Origin: Piromyces finnis finn
Lineage: Eukaryota > Fungi > Neocallimastigomycota
Length of the DNA: 64,000 nucleotides
Assembly (NCBI GenBank): GCA_002104945.1
Contig: MCFH01000040.1
Coordinates: forward strand, 248,001-312,000
Reading direction: 5' to 3'
Below, one piece after another: positions 35,611 to 48,800 of this stretch; position 1 is the stretch's first letter, and every line of letters begins with the position of its first letter. Made by a program: the position numbers and the translations under genes. The notes under the pieces were generated by a model, which did not search any database, was not told the DNA's origin, and saw only the letters and a program-made list of their open reading frames with translations.

Positions 35611-37961
35611 GAAAAAAGGCCACGTTTATTCGAAAAGAAAAAACGGTATTTCAATAATGTGAATAATTCAAATATGTCTAATAATAATGAAGAAGATAAA
35701 TTAAATAAAAATACTGATAATATTATTAATGAAATTGCTTCAAGTTTTAAATCTCTTAGTGTTTCCAGTGATGACGATTACATTCAGTCATCAAATATAT
35801 CAGATATTGATAATTCAAATAATTCCACTATAAATAAAAATTTAACATCTAATAATGATATTAACAAAACAAATGATTTAATAATTAATAACTCGAATAT
35901 TAATCCTTTAAAACATAAATTAAATAATACTAATTCTTCAACAATAAAAAATTAAAATCCTCATTTAATGATTCAGTAAAACGACGTGGATGCATTTTAT
36001 CTTCTAATTTTAATAAAAAATTAAAACCTTCTTTTAATGAGTCAATTAAAAGACCAGGCAATCCTATATTTTTTAATGATAACAAGAAAAATAAAATCTC
36101 ATTAGACTATATTGAACCATTTAACCAAAACCTTGCAACTGATACACCTTTATCTTTCAAACAAGCGATCAATTGTAAAGAACGTGAATCTTGGCTCATT
36201 GCTATCAATTCAGAAATCAAAAATTTTTATGACAATAATATTATGAACTTTGTTAAAAAACTCCCTACTGGAAAATCAGCTATTTCTACCAAATGGATTT
36301 TTACCATTAAAAGGGATCAATATGGTAATATTAATAAATATAAAGCTCGACTTGTTGCAAGAGGTTTTACCCAAAGAAAAGGTATAGATTTTGAACTCAC
36401 TTTTTCTCCTACTTTAAACATTGATAGTTTAAAGTTTATTATAGCTATAGCTGCAAAATTTAATTGGCCTATTATGCAATTTGATATTAAAGCCGCTTAT
36501 CTTAATGCACCACTTGACAAAGAAATATATGTTTCTATACCTCCAGGAGACGTTAACTACGGACGTGGTTATTGGCTTCTTAATAGAGCTCTCTATGGTC
36601 TCAAACAATCTGGTCGCCAATGGAATCTTTTATTTAGTAATTTCCTTAAAAATAACCAATTCAATCAATTAATTTCTGAACCGTGTATTTTTAAGAAAAT
36701 GATGGGGGATAAATTAGTTTGCATTATAGGTGTTTATGTAGATGACTTATTAATAACATGAATAAATAAAAATGTTCAAGAAATAATAAACAAAATAAAG
36801 AAAAAATTTAAAATTTCAAAATGCAGTCCTGCTGAGTATATTCTAGGAATAAGTATTGAACGCAACAATTTTAAATATTCTATTAATCAAATTCAATTCA
36901 TTAAAGATATATTAAAAAAATTCAAAGTTAAAAATATCCGAAAAGCAAAGACTCCATGTACTGATGATTATTCAACAAAATATGAAGAAGAAAATTTTGA
37001 CAAAACAGTATATAAAAGCGCTGTCGGATCTTTAATCTATTTATCCAGATGCACTAGACCTGACATAACATTCGCAGTCAATAAAGTAGCAAGGAATTCA
37101 GAACATCCAACTAAAGCTGACTGGAAAAAGGTATTAAATATATTAAAATATTTAAATTATACTAAAAGTTATAAAATTGAATATAAAGGACAGGGGGAAA
37201 TTGTAGCATATACTGATGCAGACTTTGGAGGTGACCCTAAAGATAGAAAATCTACTTCCGGATACATAATTCTTATGAACAATGATCCTATATGCTGGCA
37301 ATCTAAAAAGCAATCTGTAGTTGCTACATCTACTGCCGAAGCTGAATATATAGCAATGGCTGAATGTACTAAAAAAGTATTATGGATAAAGAATATTTTA
37401 AAAGAATTGTTCAATTACAAAAAACCAATTACAATTCATACAGATAATTTAGCAAGCAAAACTATCATTGAAAACGGGGAACTTAATAACAAATTAAAAC
37501 ATATAGAAATAAAATTCTTTTTCAATAAGGACAATATTAAAAATAAAAAAGTAAAGTTAGAATATATTAATTCAGAAAAAATGCTGGCCGACCCACTTAC
37601 CAAAAATTTCAATGGACCGAAAATGACAAAATTTACAGACCAAATTTTTAACAAGAAAACATTCTGGTCTGAGGGGGAATGTTAGAATATCTTAGAATAA
37701 ATTAAATATGTGTTAAAATAATTTTATTTTCTGTTTAAAATAATTAATAATGTATTGGTAAATGTATTAATAATAATTAGTAGTGTATTAGTAATTCACA
37801 TGTTCTAAGAACATTTATTAGCAATAGTTTTTAGTTTTATAACTAGCCACATTTTATAGTATAAATTTATTCAATTTCTCATTAATTAATTCTTTGTAAT
37901 TACCATAATCTATTAATATTAATAATAAAATTAAACTATATTTTTAATAAAATATTTTAAC
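35611..37961 (+). mobile_element. Degenerate Ty1/copia relic (RT, RNase H, PPT gagggggaa 37671-37679, 3' LTR from 37680)
   Basis: KARLVARGFTQ, DIKAAYLN, LYGLKQSG, YVDD, SKKQSVVATSTAEAEY; internal stops; LTR shares aattcacatgttctaagaa with the copia-A LTR; both ends approximate. Confidence 0.85.
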
Positions 37962-38865
37962 TAATAAAATTTATTTATTTATTTATTTATTTATTTTAAA
38001 TAAATAAATGAATATGAAAACTAGTTTATTTCTACAAGTTTGAGTATTAACTTCAAAATATTTAATGGATACCTCACTACCTTAATATTACTTATTTATT
38101 TTATTATTTTAACATGATAAATTAAGTGTAATTTTTCTTATATAATTTCATTGTCAATTGAAGTTTTTACAATATGTAATATAATTAGATGTTTATTTTC
38201 ATATATCTATATTTATAATTATATATTATTAAATTGTGTTAATTTTTAAATAAAGATAAGTAATTACTTTTCTTTATCTAAAAAAGCATCTTTTTATAGT
38301 ATCATTCTACCATCAAAAATGACGAAAAAACGTTCTTTATTTGTCACTTATAAACAAAAATAAAAAAATTAAAAAAAAAATATTAAATAATATTTATAAA
38401 TTTATTAGTTTTATTTATATATAATGTATTGCAAAAATTAAAAATAAGCATTTATGTAATATTTATTATGTTTAATTATGGAATAACATATATCTATATT
38501 TTAAGGGATTCAAATGATAAAATTATAGTGACAGAATTATATTTTAAGATAAATTTAAGAATGTAAATAACATTCTATTATCACACATTGAATATATAAA
38601 ATATTTAAATAATATATATTTATAATATTTTGATTCTATTCAAAAGATTTTATATTAATGAATATATTGTTATCAGCTATTTTAATATTATTAATACTAA
38701 GTTCTTATATAAATTCATTAAATCTTTTAAGTACAATATTGAAAACTTGATATTAATAAATATACAAGTATTGGCATATTTTTTTAATTTTTGAACCTTT
38801 TAATTATAATATTTCTATTATAATAATTAAACATAATAATTGAACACAAAAAAAGTTTTTGCGTT

Positions 38866-39234
38866 TGTAACGAAATATTATAATAATAAACACACACACT
38901 CCAATGTATCAAATATATATATATATTTTTTAATAATGTTTATTTATTAAATTTATTATTATAATACGACTAACTCGCTAGGTCAGTGTATTATCAAACT
39001 AAAGACGAAATAAAAAAAACTAATTTTTATTAATTATTAATAAAAACACTCAAGAACTATTTTATCTTTCTTATTCTCTCTTTTATACATGAAAAAAAAA
39101 TTTTTTTTTATACAATTTGATAAGTGAATTAATTACTTAATGATTGGTTATAAAAATATAATTATGAAATTTTCATTAATCTAACCTTAATGATTTTCTA
39201 GTCTAACCCTTATCATTAGATATACCTCATTACA
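38866..39234 (-). mobile_element. Solo LTR of the E1 family with a 5-bp TSD
   Basis: Reverse complement of 2691-3066; flanked by GCGTT at 38861-38865 and 39235-39239. Confidence 0.95.
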
Positions 39235-39925
39235 GCGTTCAATTCAATTAAGAACATTACATACTACATTTATCATATATTTTATTTAATGCTGATTAAC
39301 ATTGAATTGTATAAAAAAATCTATAAAGAATGTTAAAGAATTTTATATTTTAACTTTTTTTTTTTTTCAATTTTCTATTTTATTTAATAATCAATATGGT
39401 TAGTTTGATAAATATTTTTGTGATGGTATTTTTAAAAGACTATTTAATAATATTATTTAATAAAAACATTTTAATTAGTTGTGTGTAACATTTATCACTA
39501 ATTATTAATTATTTTTTTCTAAAATACTACTTATGATATTATTGTGTTAATATATCAAAAAATCATTTTTAATTTACTTTTAAATATTTTTAAAGTTTGT
39601 TGTATCTTTGATTTTCAATTTTTGTGTATATTAATATCACAAATATAAATTTTAATTATTATTATTGTTATAATATCATAACTTAATAAACTTTAATTAT
39701 TAATGATTATTAATAATTAGTAATAATTAGTAATTCACATGTTCTAAGAATATTCATGTACATTATTATTAGTAATAGATTAAGCCACATATTATAGTAT
39801 AAATTTATTGAATTTTGTATTAATTAATTACTTGTAATTACCTATTTAAATTTATTATAAATAAACTTTATTAACAAAATCAACCCTAAATTAACAGATT
39901 AAGAGTCTCAATTTAAACTACAGAC

Positions 39926-42900
39926 ATGTCTTCAACCAACGTCAACTTTTCTTGTGACAAGCTAGTAGGTTGTGAAAACTTCCCCATCTGGTACATCACA
40001 ATCAGCGATTATCTCAAATCCTTAAAATTAAACTTGTACATTGAAACCAATGTTACAAGTAACATTACCGATCCCACTACCGAAATGGATCACAATGCCA
40101 ATGATGCGAAGGCCAGCATCATTATTCTAACAAATGTAATAGACAAAATTAAATATTACATTAAGGATTGTTCTACAGCTTATGAAAAAATGGAAAAACT
40201 GAAATCTCTATATGAAGTTGATAAGGCCACCTTTTGTGGTATGTGGATGAAAAGACTATACTCAATCCGCGCAAAATCCGTCCGGGACACAATGGAAATT
40301 ATAAACGAAATTCTGGAACTATTTAAACTGTTGAAAGAATCATTAATGGAGCCTCCAAAAATTGAGCAAATTACTATAATGTATGACGCATTACCAAAGG
40401 AACTAAAATCAATTGTCACATACGGCCGAGGAATTTTATGAAGAAATTAAAGATAAATATTCCATTCTTTCTTATCGAATGGATAGGGGTGAACCTTTTT
40501 ATACAAACTTCAATACAAATCGTTATAAGAATGACTCAGTTCATAAGAATAACCGATCAAATCAAGATTATGAAGATAAAATGGATATTGATAATATTGA
40601 AAGAAGAAGAAACGATATATCATATTTTACATATAAAAACACTCAAAAATCAACTAAAACCTGTGTCATTTGCAACAAGCAAGGACATTTAGCAAAGGAC
40701 TGCTACTTTAATCCATGCGGTACAAACAAAAGAAATAGTAGATCTCGCAACTATTTCAATAACAACAATAATAATAACGTAAAAAACAGAATGAACAATA
40801 AAAGAAACACCGACAACAAAGGAAATTATAACAGAAAACGAAGCAAGAATCATAACTCAATTAGTAATATTGAAAAGGAATATACACCCTCTTATGAAGA
40901 AATCAATTTTATGTATGGCAACAATATTGACAGTATAGAATATGATAAAGAAAAAATAATTACTAATCTATGCGATAATGACATAAACTATCATTCAGAA
41001 ACTGATGTACACGTGACCAATGAAATAAATATATTAAATACAGAATACTCTTTTCCAGAACTAAGTTCAGAGAATGACGCTAATAATAAAATCACGTGAT
41101 ACATATTCATGTTACGCAAACATTAATGAAGACCAATCAGAAGAGACGCACGTGACATTTAAACATGGAGAACTAAACTTAAATTACGCTTTTCCAAGCG
41201 AAAATACAGAAGTTTTGGAAAATAATTATTTAAACATAGCACGTGACTTTAATAGCACCTCCCCAACCTTGGGAAGTTCATCATTTACTACCAAAGGTAC
41301 ACTTCCAACAAAAACTACCTTTTGGACTTACGACACTGGTGCAAGTGAACACATAACCAATGATATCACAATATTAGAAGACTTTACCCACAAGAAGATA
41401 ACTATGAATTGTGCCAATAGATCAACTTGTTGTTTTGAAGGATATGGCACGTTCAGGGGTCTTATTAACGGTCATGAAATCATCCTTGATAATGTTCTAT
41501 ATTCAAAGGACATTAATAAAAATCTAATTGGTGGAATCAAACTAGTAAAGGATGGCATCCATTCAATGACAAAGCTCAACAATAATGAAATTTTCTTAGC
41601 TCTGGTTAGAAACAACAAGATAATAGGTGAATTTAAATCAAATAATTCTAATATCATCAGAATACCTATTGTCAAAGAAGTCATAAAGGATATATCCTCT
41701 ACTGAACTAGACGAACCAAGCCTTAAATTATGGCACAACAGGCTTGGTCATTATTATCAATACGATTTATCCAAATATTTAGATATTCACAATATCAAAC
41801 AAAATAAATGTCTTGAGTGTCAAGTTTCCAAGTTCAAAAAGAAACCACACAATAAGGAACCACCAAAGGCTGACCGTATATTAGAAACCATACATTCAGA
41901 TATCATTGGGCCTATTAAACCAATCTCATGACAATTATAAGTACATATTAACATTCATAGATGAATATAGCAGAAAAGCCTGGATTTACTTAATGAAAGA
42001 AAAATCAGAAGCTACCAATATTATTATAAATTTCTTTAAATATCTCGATAACCAATTTACAGATAAAGTAAAGTTTTTCAAGTCGGATAACGCCAAGGAA
42101 TATAATAATCAAAAAATTAAGAAAATCTGCAAAAAGATGGGTATTGAAAAGACTTTCTCCACACCATATAATCCAGAAATTAATGGTATAGCTGAAAGAT
42201 ACAATCAAACTTTAATCAACTCTGCTAAAACCCTTATTTATTGGTCAAAATTAAGTATAGACTTTTGGTCATATGCTGTTATTTACTCGAATTTTTTATA
42301 CAATATCACTCCTCATGCAAATATTTCAAATCTAATTCCAAATGAAATTTTTTATAATAAAAGGGTTAGTTTATCAAAAATAAAAGTTTTTGGATGCGAA
42401 ACATATTTCATGAATACAAATATCAATATATCTAAATTTGAACCAAATACAAAGAAAGGAATTTTTCTGGGATTTGATCTAAAATCTAACAGTTATATTA
42501 TCATGGAAACTGAAAATCAAAAAATCCGTTTAGTAAGAGATGCCATATTCAGAGAAGATACACCAGCAAATTACAAATTTATATACAATAAAAATAATTA
42601 TAAACATGATGAAAACACACTTATCAATCAACAAAATGTATTAGATCACAATATCTCTTTTGACACTAATGGAAATATAGCATATAAGTATGTAACAAAG
42701 GATAAATCAAATGAAATTTTAAACAATAACCCATCAAATAATCTTAGTTTAGAGAAACAAACTATATCATTAAATAATTTCGATAACAAGCCACAATATT
42801 CACAATGTAATACTAGTACATCACAACACTCAACAAATAACATATTATCAAAACAAAATCCATCACATATCAACTCTGAAAGATCCATTTCCGATTATGA

Positions 42901-44785
42901 TCTAAATGACTATATTACAATTTTACCCACTAACGATTATGATACAACAATAAATTACAACAATGAAGAAGAAATTCATCAATTATATAGTGAAGACACA
43001 AATAAACATATAAATAAATCTTACAATGATATGGAGATAATAGACCTTAATAAACGACAAAATTTGAAACATAATATATCTTCACTAATTGAAAAATCAC
43101 CAAAAAGAATAGAAACTGAACAACATGACAAAAATAATAATCATGATTTTAAGCATAACGCATCTTCTTTATATAATCCACCTAAAAGAATAGAATTAGA
43201 AAATAATAATTACATGCCACAACAAATTATCAATGATAAGCCACAAATGTATGACAATAAACAAATTAATTCAATTAATTCTATAGAGTGCAATAACCCA
43301 TTAACATATGAACAAGCTGTTAGTAACTCTGATAAAGAAAAATGGGTGAAGGCAATAAAAGAGGAATTAGATAACCTATACAACAATAAGATTATGACTG
43401 TTGTTAAGTCAGTTCCGAACAATAAATCAATTATTTCTACCAAATGGGTATTTACTAAAAAGATAAACGAAAACAATGAAGTTATTAAATATAAAGCACG
43501 ATTAGTAGCTCGAGGATTTTCTCAAAAATATGGAACTGATTTTGATCTTACATATTCACCAACATTGAATTCTGACAGCCTAAAATTAATTATCTCTCTA
43601 GCCGCTAAATTTGGATGGAACATACAACAATTGGACATAAAGTCAGCATATTTAAATGCAAAATTAGATAAGAAATTATATACTACCATACCTAAGGGAG
43701 ATTCAAATTATGGGAAAGGATATTGGTGTTTAAATAAGGCTTTATACGGTCTTCGTCAATCTGGTAGACAATGGTATAAGACAATTACAGATTTTATAAT
43801 CAACAACGGATTTTATCAATTAAATTCTGAACAATGCATATTTACAAAATCAAATAATAAAAATATCATGTGTATCATAGGAATATATGTTGATGATATG
43901 ATAATCACAGGATTCGATAATTATATAAAATTTATAATAAATAGAATTACATCAAGATTTAAAATTTCTAATTGTGAACCAGCTAAATACATTTTAGGAA
44001 TTACAATAGAAAGAGAGAATAATTCATATTTTATCCATCAAAGAAATTTTATAGAAAATCTATTAAAGAATTTTAATATTAACAATATAAGTAAAACTTA
44101 TACTCCATGCACGGGTGATAATTATATAAGCGAAAACAAAACTTTATTTGATACAACAATTTATAAAAGCGTATTAGGTTCATTAATATATCTCGCCAAA
44201 TGCACACGTCCTGATATATCATTTTCTGTACATAAGGCAGCTAGACATAGTGAAAAACCAAATGTTAGTGACTGGAAAAAGGTTATAAATATATTAAAAT
44301 ATTTAAATACTACCAAACATTTTAAATTAATGTATAATGGAAAGGGTAAAATTCACGCGTATTCAGACTCTGATTTTGCTGGAGATAATGAAGATCGTAA
44401 ATCAACTTCAGGACATATAATACTTATGGGAAATTCTCCTATGCTGGTATTCTAAAAAACAAACAATTGTTGCAACTTCGACTACTGAAGCTGAATATAT
44501 TAGTACCTCAGAATGTGCTAAAAAGGTACTATGGATAAGAAATATTCTAATTGAATTATTCAATAAAAAATATCCCATCACTATTTTCACGGATAATATG
44601 ACCTCAAAAATTAGTATAGAAAATGGGGAAATTAATACCAAATTAAAACGCATATCAATCAAATATTATTTTAATAAGGACAATATAAGTAAGAACAAAA
44701 TAAAAATGGAATATAAAAATACTAATGAAATGTTAGCAGACGTTCTAACAAAAAATATTAATGCTTCAAAAATGAAATCATTTAC
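39926..44785 (+). pseudogene. Copia Gag-Pol broken by frameshifts near 40430, 41090, 41925 and 44440 and by B2; last codons resume at 51122-51155
   Basis: CVICNKQGHLAKDC, WTYDTGASEH, LWHNRLGH..CLEC, HSDI..SDNAKEY..ERYN, copia RT. Rejoined end reads KSFT|DKLFYKNSIH*. Confidence 0.92.
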
Positions 44786-45439
44786 TGTAAAGACATCAAA
44801 CGCCTCTGTTTGATATCTTTAATGTAACTTAAGCCACAAGTATTATTGTTTAAGTTACACAAATTATATTCAGAAAAAGAAAATGAGACATAATTTATTT
44901 ATTAATAATTAAAGTTTAAAACAAAATAAATTATTAATTTATTTTTAATGTTTAACAAGTAAATTAATATTCTCAATTTAAATCCCTAGTTTTAGTATTG
45001 TTTTTTTTATAGAAATAGATAAATAATAAATGATTAATATATCAATAATACATGGGCACATATTCAAATTAAATAGTACTTAATTTGAATTGCCAATTGT
45101 ATTTTACTAAAAATAGTTATAGTTTAAATATTTATTAATAATTAAGATTTTAGTGTAGATTTTAAATAATAATATATAAGAAATAAATAGTTATAATATA
45201 ATATAAATGTATTTAGGAAAAATATAAATAGAAGATATTTTTCATCATTTTATCGATGTAATTGTTATTAATAAAATTTCTATTATAATAAAAGATATTT
45301 TTAATAAAACAATTTTTTATTTTATTTTAAATTTTGTGTTATTGTAATAGAATAGATATCCTAATCTATTCTTTCTGTGTCAGCATTACAATAACAATTA
45401 CCTAACTACTTCAAGAGTACGTTAGGATATCTACCGCCC

Positions 45440-45611
45440 GAAGAAACTTTGTTGCTACCTTGGTTCAAGAGATTATTGAAGAAATTTTGTTGCTACCTTG
45501 GTTCAAGAGAGTATTGAAGAAACTTTGTTGCTACCTTGGTTCAAGAGATTATTGAAGAAATTTTGTTGCTACCTTGGTTCAAGAGATTATTGAAGAAATT
45601 TTGTTGCTACC
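45440..45611 (+). repeat. 38-bp tandem repeat, about 4.5 copies, in the B2 leader
   Basis: gaagaaa(c/t)tttgttgctaccttggttcaagagattatt starting at 45440, 45478, 45516, 45554 and 45592. Confidence 0.95.
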
Positions 45612-45621
45612 CTAGCAGAAG

Positions 45622-45670
<49 letters not shown>

Positions 45671-45780
45671 ACTCTGATTAATATTATTATTATATAATAC
45701 AAAACTTGTTCGACACTGTATAACAGATCGAGTTTGAATAACTTTTGTATTAACTAACATCGTTTTTGTAGAAATAGTTT

Positions 45781-45829
<49 letters not shown>

Positions 45830-45885
45830 ACTTACTTGAAACAGTAGTAAGAAAACATTTTTTATATTTTGTTTTATATTTAACG

Positions 45886-48800
45886 TTGGAGGACTTAATT
45901 AGTGAGTTTGAAAATTTAAATTTAGAGATGGGTGATAGGACTGTGGGTGTTTCTGGGAATTCGGGGAACATTATTAATGCTCCACCGATATTTTCTGGTA
46001 AACAAAGAGAATTGGATGGATTTTTAACCAGAGTTGAGTTGGTATTTCGTACTCGACCGACACTGTATAATACAGATCGAGTCAAGGTCGACTTCGTTAT
46101 ATCATACTTCTCTGGTAAACCTTTGGAATGGGCTTCAGTGTTGATGAAGAATAATAGTGGGGTTTTAAACCATTATGATGAATTTGTAGATAGGTTGAAG
46201 GCTAATTTTGGCAGTTATAGATACGATACCGTTGTAGCTAACGGTAAATTAGATAATCTTCGCCAAAGGAAACTTGGTCAGGTATTAGATTACATTACCG
46301 AGTTTCAACGTATTAGCCAAAATTCAAGCTTTAATGACAGCGCAAAAATCTACATGTTTCTGAAAGGTTTATTACCACCACTTAGGGAGAAGTTGGCTTT
46401 CATTGAATCAAACCCAACTTCAATTGAACAATTGATTTCTTCAACTATTTTAGTTGAAGATATGATGAAAAGGAATTCTCTAAGTGAATTTTATTTTAAT
46501 GGTAGAAGGGCTAACGATCCTATGGATGTGGATGTATTTAGAATTAGTAGAGAAAATAAACGCAAAAGGTATGTGAATATCCAAGGATCAAGTAAAAATT
46601 ACAATGAAAACATAGACAACTTTGAAGAAGAAAAGAAAAAGGGGTTATGTTTTCTTTGTAAACAACCAGGACATTTAAAATTTAATTGTCCTAATAGAGT
46701 AAAGCCCAGAAAAGTGTTAAGAATTGTGAAAGAAAGGACTCCAAAAATTGTTAATCCAAAAATTTACAAAGTTGGAGTCAAGGGAGTGAAAAGTGATTTA
46801 AACCTTGTGGACTTTTACTTGAGTACCAATGAAGTTTCGGAAGTTAAAATTAAGGTTTTAATTGATTCCGGTTCTGAATTAAATTTCATTAATCCAAGTC
46901 TTGCTGAAGAACTTGGTATTAATTTGGAAAAAGTGGAACCATTCCGTGTTTCAGGTGTTAGTGATGGAGTTGTTAGTGTTTGGGAAAGGACTGAGAAGTG
47001 CATGCTCCGTTGCAAAAATCACTTCGAAGTAATTCAACTTTATGGATTACAAGTCCCCGGTGTTGATGTTATTCTTGGTTTGCCGTGGATAAAGAAGCAT
47101 AATCCAAATGCTTTCTATGACTCTAAGAAAATCGCTTTTAGTTCTGGTTATTGTGCCAGACACTGTAACAAAGGTAAAAGAAAAAGAAAATCAAGAAAGA
47201 AGTCCAAGAATGATCAATTAGATCATGATGTTCTCGACCGAAGCTTAACCAAAAAACCGAAAGTAGATCCCTCCGTCCCAAACCATGAAGAAAAAGAATA
47301 TGTTAAAGGCCGCCTTGTTAGAACCATTAATGATGAAGATGACAGCGATGATGAATATATTAGTTTTAATAAAAAAGTTAAATGTATTGTAACGAAAATT
47401 AATGAAACATGTAATAATGATAATGAATCATGTAGTAATAATAATAATGAAAAGAATATTAATAAAGATAAATTGGTCGCCGTACCAACCCAATATTTAG
47501 AATTTAGTGAAGTGTTTAACGAAAAAAATTGTGAAGTGTTACCTCCTCATAGACCTTATGATTGTGAAATCAAACTTAAGGATGATTCAACTTTATTTTA
47601 TGGACCCTTGTATCCATTAACTGAAGTTGAAAGAGAGGAACTTAAAAAGTATATAGATGAAAATTTAAATAAAGGTTTTATTAGGAAATCATCGTCTCCT
47701 GCTGGTGCCCCAATTTTGTTTGTTAAAAAGAAGGACGGTTCCTTAAGACTTTGTATTGATTATAGAAGGTTGAATAATATTACAATTCGTAATTCATATC
47801 CTTTACCTTTAATAAGTGACCTTTTGGATAGGGTGAAAAATGCTAAGATTTTTACCAAATTAGACCTTAAATCCGCTTATAATCTTGTTCGTATTAAAGA
47901 AGGTGACGAATACAAAACGGCTTTTCGTACTAGGTATGGTCATTTTGAATATCTGGTTATGCCTTTTGGATTAAAGAATGCACCTGCAACTTTTCAACAC
48001 TTCATTAACGATGTCCTTAGTGACTATTTAGACGATTTTGTTATCTCATATATTGATGATATTCTTATTTATTCTAATAATATCGAAGAACATCATGAGC
48101 ATGTTAAAAAGGTACTTAAGAAACTACTTGAAAATAATCTTTATGTTAAATTAGAAAAATGTGAGTTTGATGTTGAGAAAACCACTTTTCTTGGTTATGT
48201 CATTTCTAAGGATGGATTGCAAATGGATGAGAATAAAGTTAAAGCAATTCTTGATTGGCCGGTTCCCAAGAATGTTAAAGAGGTTCAGTCTTTTATTGGT
48301 TTATGCAACTATTACAGAATTTTTATTAAAGACTTTGCTAAAATTGCAAACCCTCTTCACAAACTCACTAGAAAGAATGTTGCTTTTAACTGGGTGAAAG
48401 AAGATCAGGACGCTTTTATTTTATTAAAATCTCTGTTCACGTCAGCTCCTATTCTGAAACATGCGGATAGTAATAAACAATTTATTGTAGAAACTGATGC
48501 TAGTAATTATGCTGTCGGTGCTATTCTCTCTCAAGAATTTGATGGCAAATTACATCCTATTGCATTTCTTTCTAAAAGTTTGACGAGTTGTCAAAGAAAC
48601 TATCCTATATATGACAAGGAACTTTTAGCTATTGTAGTTGCTCTTGAAGAATGGCGTCATTATTTAGAAGGTGCACGCCATCCGTTCATAATTTATACTG
48701 ATCACAAGAATTTAACATTTCCTAGAAAACCTGAAATGTTATCTCAGAGACAAATTAGATGGAATTTGTTCTTATCCAGATTTGATTTTAAACTCATTTA

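Noticed and set aside
39897-39909. Copia-A PBS (gattaagagtctc) pairing with the tRNAi-Met half at 55439
   Set aside because: It resembles the copia/Ty5 GGTTATGGGCCC type but needs three mismatches and three G-U pairs; not supportable.
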